This document shows positions 59,229-64,000 of a stretch of DNA of 64,000 nucleotides, one piece after another (position 1 is the first letter of the stretch; the number at the start of each line of letters is the position of its first letter). The position numbers and the translations under genes were made by a program. The notes under the pieces were generated by a model. It was not told where the DNA came from, did not search any database, and saw only the letters and a list, made by a program, of their open reading frames with translations. Origin of the DNA: Thermodesulfobacteriota bacterium (GTDB taxonomy: Bacteria > Desulfobacterota > Desulfobacteria > Desulfobacterales > C00003060); assembly GCA_034189385.1 (NCBI GenBank), contig JAXHVD010000007.1:32001-96000 (forward strand), in the 5' to 3' direction.

Positions 59229-59428
59229 ATGCTCATCCTCTGTTTGCCATGCTGCCAATGGGATCCACCATAGGCGCAGAAGGATTGGCTCAGTTTGCTC
59301 TCCCCTTTAGTTTTTGGAAACGAGCCGGTACTTCCGCCCACTAGGTCTTCCCATTGACAGGCAGGGCAGACATAACGGGTTGTGAGATCCTCACATAGGG
59401 ACCGCTGCATCGTTTTTTTTACTTTCAT
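59222..59428 (-). CDS. Small hypothetical protein with CPAC motif
   Basis: 68-aa ORF overlapping the next start; weak support. Confidence 0.35.
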   Translation of the reverse strand: MKVKKTMQRSLCEDLTTRYVCPACQWEDLVGGSTGSFPKTKGESKLSQSFCAYGGSHWQHGKQRMSIW

Positions 59429-59500
59429 ATAAATCTCTAGACCCCTGTTGGGACGAGCTCAGGAAAACCCCAAAAACCCGGCCCAGGACGGTGCCGTTGC

Positions 59501-59740
59501 TTACCGCCACTGCTGGTGCTGGTAGACAGGTTGATCCTCGTAAATCCGCTGAGGCCTCCCCTGGCAAAATGGACAGGCACCAAATTCTTCTGTGTTGAAC
59601 CAGGTTGAACAAATGGGGCATTTCCCGGAAGGGGAACTGCTGGCTTGAGGCTTCTTTGCCTGAGGTCTCCTGTGGTGCCCACGCCTCCACGTTTTACCTG
59701 GGGCAACAGGAAGTCCACACCCACAAGCACAGGTTTTCAT
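59501..59740 (-). CDS. Small Cys-rich zinc-finger protein (CACGCG..GH, CPIC..CPFC)
   Basis: AAGGAGG RBS before ATG 59740; two putative Zn-binding motif sets. Confidence 0.65.
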   Translation of the reverse strand: MKTCACGCGLPVAPGKTWRRGHHRRPQAKKPQASSSPSGKCPICSTWFNTEEFGACPFCQGRPQRIYEDQPVYQHQQWR

Positions 59741-60284
59741 GGCCGCCTCCTTTTTTTGGGGTTCCGATACCAATGGTGACCTCCCGCCCCAACGCCACAG
59801 CCCTTTTCATTTCAGGATGGACCCAGATTCAGACTCTGTGGCCAGGCTCTGACAGGGGTAAGGCGTATAAGTCCATACAGTAAGTATGTAAATAACAATA
59901 AATTTGTGCCTTGTCAAATAAATTTTATTAAATTATACATAATTAATTATAAGTGGGCACATATTGTATGTCCTGTTATGTGTTTATACGCTATGTGGAT
60001 AAGACCCTTAGAAGGGTGCTCAAAAAGGCGGTCAAGGGGCCGTCCGTTTTCTGATAGACCCAAGGCTTGTTCCAGTCCGCCTTCGGCGGATTCACCAAGA
60101 TTGGCGGGCAGAAAAGCCTGTTAGAGAAAGGCCCAAAGGGATTTGCGTTTGGACAGAAGCCCGCAAGGGTTTGACAGGTCTTGTCATTACGGATAGGAAT
60201 ACCTGTCAAGAATCGAATAGGAGCGCTTCCGGTGCCATTTGCAATCCTGTTGCCTCGTCTTGTCACCGTCTGGAGAAGGGCCTC

Positions 60285-61040
60285 ATGATGCACTTCCACA
60301 GTCTGTCCTTAAATGGACACCATGCGACGTTAGGTGAGTTGTTATCCAAATCTAAGGAAGGAGATAAGATCCTATGTATGATTACAGATCCTAGATGCAT
60401 GGGGATTTTTTACGAACTCGAATCTAGAGGAACCGACATATTTCCCCCCTTGCTTTCTCAGAGTCTGAGTCTGAGCAAGGTGCATCAGGCTCTGCATTTC
60501 ATGGATTACATGATTCCGAGTACTCAGGTTCTATTCAGAACGTCTAACATTCAGAAGCTTCTGAGAAGATATGGGGAAAGGAACATCGTGAAGACGGTTG
60601 TCAAGGAGGACCGCGGGTCAATGGGCATGGGAGACCATCCCTGCTGGTCGTTGAATGAATTGGCTTGGATGATCGTTCATGTGACACCTCTTCCTATTGT
60701 TGTGCAACCCATGCTGGAGGACTTCAGGGAGTTTAGATTGGTGGTAATGGGAGACACCGTTGTTGCAAAAGAGAAAACCGCAAGTGAGGGAGTATTTTGG
60801 AATAACAGGATATTTGGAGGGGTTACCAAATTAATAGAGCCCACCAAGGAGATCGTTGAGTTCGGAAAAGAGATGATGCGGATTGGGAAATTCCCATGGG
60901 CGTATTTAGATTTGTTTGTTACCGACACTGACACATTTTTGTCTGAAATCAATCTGTCTGGCAGTAACGCAGGAATGAAGGACTACAAGCTTAACACCTT
61001 AAAAAGAAAGATGATCGAAAAATGGTTGGCAGTCGGATAG
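60285..61040 (+). CDS. RimK-like ATP-grasp protein
   Basis: IPST, VVK..GSMG.G, VVQP, EFRLVV.G, N...GG, LDL, EIN. Confidence 0.75.
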   Translation: MMHFHSLSLNGHHATLGELLSKSKEGDKILCMITDPRCMGIFYELESRGTDIFPPLLSQSLSLSKVHQALHFMDYMIPSTQVLFRTSNIQKLLRRYGERNIVKTVVKEDRGSMGMGDHPCWSLNELAWMIVHVTPLPIVVQPMLEDFREFRLVVMGDTVVAKEKTASEGVFWNNRIFGGVTKLIEPTKEIVEFGKEMMRIGKFPWAYLDLFVTDTDTFLSEINLSGSNAGMKDYKLNTLKRKMIEKWLAVG

Positions 61041-61256
61041 AGACCAGGAGAGGGCTGTGCAGGTGCAGAGTGTCTTAGGATACCCTGAGGAGAAGTGTGC
61101 ACGGTTTTCCGGCTAGTTGGCATTGTGTCGCAAAAAAGAGATGGCTCGATACCCCTTGGGTTATCGGGAACTCCTCTAGCGGGTTATCCTCCATGCAGCG
61201 CCCCACCTCTGGCAGTCTACCTCGCACCGTGGCAGGAGCCAAGCAGAACAAATTTC

Positions 61257-61285
61257 TTGACAAATCAGGGCCACTTATCTAAATA
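61257..61285 (+). promoter_or_regulatory. Putative sigma70 promoter for the hdr operon
   Basis: TTGACA-17 nt-TAAATA. Confidence 0.4.
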
Positions 61286-61376
61286 ATCATATTTCGCAGA
61301 AAAGCTGCTGGTGGGAGTGGATGTGACAGAGACCACCGCAGTTTGTTTTTTTTATGGGAAAGGCCAGGAGGTTTTC

Positions 61377-61952
61377 ATGGGTGATGTGCACAAGAGTCTG
61401 GAGGTGGACACCGGTTTTGCAAACCTGGTTCAAGCCTCTGCCCGCCTGAATGTGAATGCCTGCTTTCAGTGCCGAAAATGCACGAACGGCTGCCCCGTCA
61501 CCTTTGCCATGGACATCTATCCGGACGAGGTCATTCGTCTGGTCCTGCTGGGCCAAAAGGAGCGGGTCTTGACGTGTAACACCATCTGGGTCTGCTCGGC
61601 CTGCGAGACCTGTACGACCCGGTGCCCCAATGAAGTGGATATTGCAGGCACCATGGATGCCCTAAAGGAGATGGCCGTGAAAGAGGGCGTCCAGATTCCT
61701 CAACCAAAGACCTATGCCTTTCACAAGGCCTTTTTGGACGATGTAAAAAAACGAGGCCGCATGTTTGAAGGAAGACTGATGCAGTCTTATCTTCTCAGTA
61801 GCGGTGAGCTTTTCAGGAAGGTCGCTGATGGCTCCATCAAGGAGGAGATGAGCCTTGGTTGGAATATGTTTAAGAAGGGGCGGTTGCCTCTTCTGCCAAA
61901 GGGTATCAAGGGGAAGAAGGAGATCAAGGAGATCTTGGGGTCCACGTCATGA
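61377..61952 (+). CDS. hdrC: Heterodisulfide reductase subunit C-like
   Basis: CFQCRKCTNGCP and IWVCSACETCTTRCP; GGAGG before ATG 61377. Confidence 0.92.
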   Translation: MGDVHKSLEVDTGFANLVQASARLNVNACFQCRKCTNGCPVTFAMDIYPDEVIRLVLLGQKERVLTCNTIWVCSACETCTTRCPNEVDIAGTMDALKEMAVKEGVQIPQPKTYAFHKAFLDDVKKRGRMFEGRLMQSYLLSSGELFRKVADGSIKEEMSLGWNMFKKGRLPLLPKGIKGKKEIKEILGSTS

Positions 61953-62812
61953 AGGTCAGCTACTATCCTGGTTGCTCACTGGAGAGCTCTGCCAGGGACT
62001 ATCAGGAGTCCATTGATGGGGTGTGCAAAAGACTCGGCATCGAGCTGGTGGAGCTAGAGGACTGGAACTGCTGCGGCGCCACGGCTGCCCACAGCCTCAA
62101 CCACCGGGCTTCCATCGAACTGCCAGCCCGCAACCTGGTCATTGCCGAAAAGGCTGGAAACGATCTCGTGGCGCCTTGCCCCATGTGTTTTAACCGGCTC
62201 AAGGCCGCTGAAAAGGCCCTGCTGCGAGAGCCGGGCCGATACCGGTATGCCATTGAAGGAAATACCAGGACCTGGGACCTGGCCGATTTCATGGCCCGCC
62301 CAGAGGTCCTTGATGTGATGGCATCTAAGGTGACCAATCCTTTGGAGGGGGTCCGGGCTGTTTGCTATTACGGATGTATGAGCAGCAGACCTCCTGAGAT
62401 TACGGATGCCAAAGACTGCGAAAACCCCATGAGCATGGATCTCATTGTCCGGCGTCTGGGAGGCGTGGCCATTGACTGGTCCTACAAGACAGACTGCTGC
62501 GGGGCGAGCCATGTGGTGGACAGGCCGGACATGGTCTTTAAGATGGTGGGCAGGCTCTATGAGCGTGCTCTTGAGGTGGGGGCCAACTGTATCGTGGTCT
62601 CCTGTCAGATGTGCCAGGCCAATCTGGATGTCTATCAGGACAAGATCGCTGCGGAACTGGGCATGGCAGTGGATCTTCCCATTGTCTATTTCACTGAACT
62701 CATGGGCCTTGCCATGAAAGAGCCGGGGGTGGCCACCTGGCTTGCCCGGCACTTTGTGGATCCTGTGAGGCTTTTTGAGGAGCAAGACCTCCTCGCAAAA
62801 AGGGGGGTATAG
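61949..62812 (+). CDS. hdrB: Heterodisulfide reductase subunit B-like
   Basis: YYPGC, DWNCCG, PCPMC, YYGC, DCCG, SCQMCQANLD (two CCG domains). Confidence 0.93.
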   Translation: MKVSYYPGCSLESSARDYQESIDGVCKRLGIELVELEDWNCCGATAAHSLNHRASIELPARNLVIAEKAGNDLVAPCPMCFNRLKAAEKALLREPGRYRYAIEGNTRTWDLADFMARPEVLDVMASKVTNPLEGVRAVCYYGCMSSRPPEITDAKDCENPMSMDLIVRRLGGVAIDWSYKTDCCGASHVVDRPDMVFKMVGRLYERALEVGANCIVVSCQMCQANLDVYQDKIAAELGMAVDLPIVYFTELMGLAMKEPGVATWLARHFVDPVRLFEEQDLLAKRGV

Positions 62813-62815
62813 GCC

Positions 62816-63316
62816 ATGGAGACAGAACATGCCGCACCGGTGGCAAAAGTCGGCGGGGCCGACACGAAGGTCGGAGCAGTGGTGATTGTCGGTGGCGGCA
62901 TTGCCGGCATGCAGGCTGCCCTGGACGTGGCCAACTCAGGCTTCAGGGTCTATCTTGTGGAGAAGAACCCAAGTATTGGCGGTAACATGGCCCAGCTTGA
63001 CAAGACCTTCCCAACAAATGACTGCTCCACTTGTATGATATCGCCCAAATTGATTGAGGTGGCCAAGCATCCCAACATTGAGATCTTGTCCTATTCGGAG
63101 GTAGAGGGGATCTCTGGCGAGCCGGGGAGATTCAAGGTGAAAATCAGGCGAAAGGCCAGATACGTGGATGAATCTATCTGCACGGGGTGCGGAACCTGTA
63201 TGGACAAGTGTCCCGTTCAATACAGGCCTGATTTCCAGTGGGGCGCAAGAGGGACGCCAGAAGCAGACTTTGCGGGAAGAGAGGACATGAAGGACAGCAA
63301 TGGAAAAGGCGATTGA
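62816..63316 (+). CDS. hdrA: Short HdrA N-terminal module (FAD-binding start plus one 4Fe-4S motif)
   Basis: VGGGIAGMQAALD, IGGNMAQLDKTFPTNDC..C..SPKL, ARYVD..CTGCGTC...CP; only 166 aa. Confidence 0.85.
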   Translation: METEHAAPVAKVGGADTKVGAVVIVGGGIAGMQAALDVANSGFRVYLVEKNPSIGGNMAQLDKTFPTNDCSTCMISPKLIEVAKHPNIEILSYSEVEGISGEPGRFKVKIRRKARYVDESICTGCGTCMDKCPVQYRPDFQWGARGTPEADFAGREDMKDSNGKGD

Positions 63317-63785
63317 TGTTGATTTTGCAGAGATTGATGCCCTAATCGAAGAGAAATACCACAAAAACAAAGAGGCCCTGGTGATGATCTTACAAGACAT
63401 TACCGGGCGCTATAATTACATTCCTCCAGAAGTGCTCCCCCATGTGGCCAGAAAGCTCAGTCTTCCGCTGAGCAGGGTCTTCAGTGTTGCTACCTTCTAC
63501 AAAGCCTTTTCCTTGGAACCGAGGGGAAAATACATTGTCAGTGTTTGCACAGGTACGGCCTGTCATGTGAGGGGCGCCCAGGGTATTATGAAAAGCCTGT
63601 ATAAGGACTTGAAGATTAAGGAAGGCGAGACCACGGACGATCTGATGTTTACCCTTGAATCGGTTCGCTGCATGGGGTGCTGTGCCTCAGGTCCGGTGAT
63701 CCGTGTCAATAACGACACCCATGGAGGGTTGGACCCTGAGAGGCTCGTCCCCGTGATCGAGCAATACAAAGAGGGGAGTTCCTAG
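63300..63785 (+). CDS. NuoE/HydC-like 2Fe-2S subunit
   Basis: VATFY..F, VCTGTACHVRG, RCMGCCA.GP. Confidence 0.92.
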   Translation: MEKAIDVDFAEIDALIEEKYHKNKEALVMILQDITGRYNYIPPEVLPHVARKLSLPLSRVFSVATFYKAFSLEPRGKYIVSVCTGTACHVRGAQGIMKSLYKDLKIKEGETTDDLMFTLESVRCMGCCASGPVIRVNNDTHGGLDPERLVPVIEQYKEGSS

Positions 63786-63805
63786 TCCAAGAGCGTGCTA
63801 TTTTT

Positions 63806-64000
63806 ATGAAGAGCATTAAAAGCAAATCAGAGCTTGCCCGGGTGATCGAGCGGATCAGATCTGAACGTGATCCAGAGAGGACCATGATCTCTCTTTGTAA
63901 CGGTTCGGGATGTGGGGCCTACGGAACCGCCAAGGTGAAAGCATGTCTTGAAAAGGAGCTGGACCGGCAGGGTCTCACCGACAAGGTGGAGATCAAGTTG
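63806..64000 (+). CDS. NuoF/HydB-like subunit, N-terminal thioredoxin-like ferredoxin domain (runs off window)
   Basis: MKSIKSKSEL..ISLCNGSGCGAYG..VEIKL, open to the window end, directly after the nuoE-like gene. Confidence 0.75.
   Translation, partial: MKSIKSKSELARVIERIRSERDPERTMISLCNGSGCGAYGTAKVKACLEKELDRQGLTDKVEIKL

Noticed and set aside
62816..63316. Selenocysteine read-through or frameshift extending hdrA
   Set aside because: The NDCSTC motif uses Cys codons, HdrA similarity ends before the stop, and the downstream DNA encodes a NuoE-like protein.
1..64000. CRISPR array, rRNA or tRNA genes
   Set aside because: No regularly spaced short repeats or cloverleaf/rRNA signatures seen; the repeats are intragenic or dispersed.

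Overview
Bacterial DNA, most consistent with an anaerobic Desulfobacterota-like (deltaproteobacterial) genome; this is inferred from hdrCBA-nuoEF, the zinc-ribbon PilZ protein and the style of the dispersed repeats. Bases 1-46.3 kb form a block of plus-strand genes, mostly for secreted or outer-membrane proteins. They encode two RHS/YD proteins (M35-like and JAB-like tips, no intact immunity genes), a 4214-aa cohesin/FG-GAP/PKD/prenyltransferase-fold protein, a YdjY-type protein, a squalene-cyclase-fold protein, two TonB-dependent receptors, a class III cyclase-NTPase-TPR protein, FadL, an MBL hydrolase, a C25 peptidase, a beta-propeller protein, an FN3/thrombospondin-like protein, PilZ and a frameshifted dockerin-like gene. 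Bases 46.5-64 kb hold a MoxR ATPase pair, an MFS transporter, DUF2062, hps(-RraA)/phi, a thrS-infC-rpmI-rplT-pheS operon with an archaeal-type ThrRS and no adjacent pheT, small ORFs (two Cys-rich), an ATP-grasp protein and hdrC-hdrB-short hdrA-nuoE-nuoF. The top leads are a possible cohesin-dockerin-assembled RHS/protease surface system, pilin-like helices at the start of the RHS tips, and in-place replacement of thrS by an archaeal enzyme. All domain calls come from motif recognition by eye, not from database searches.
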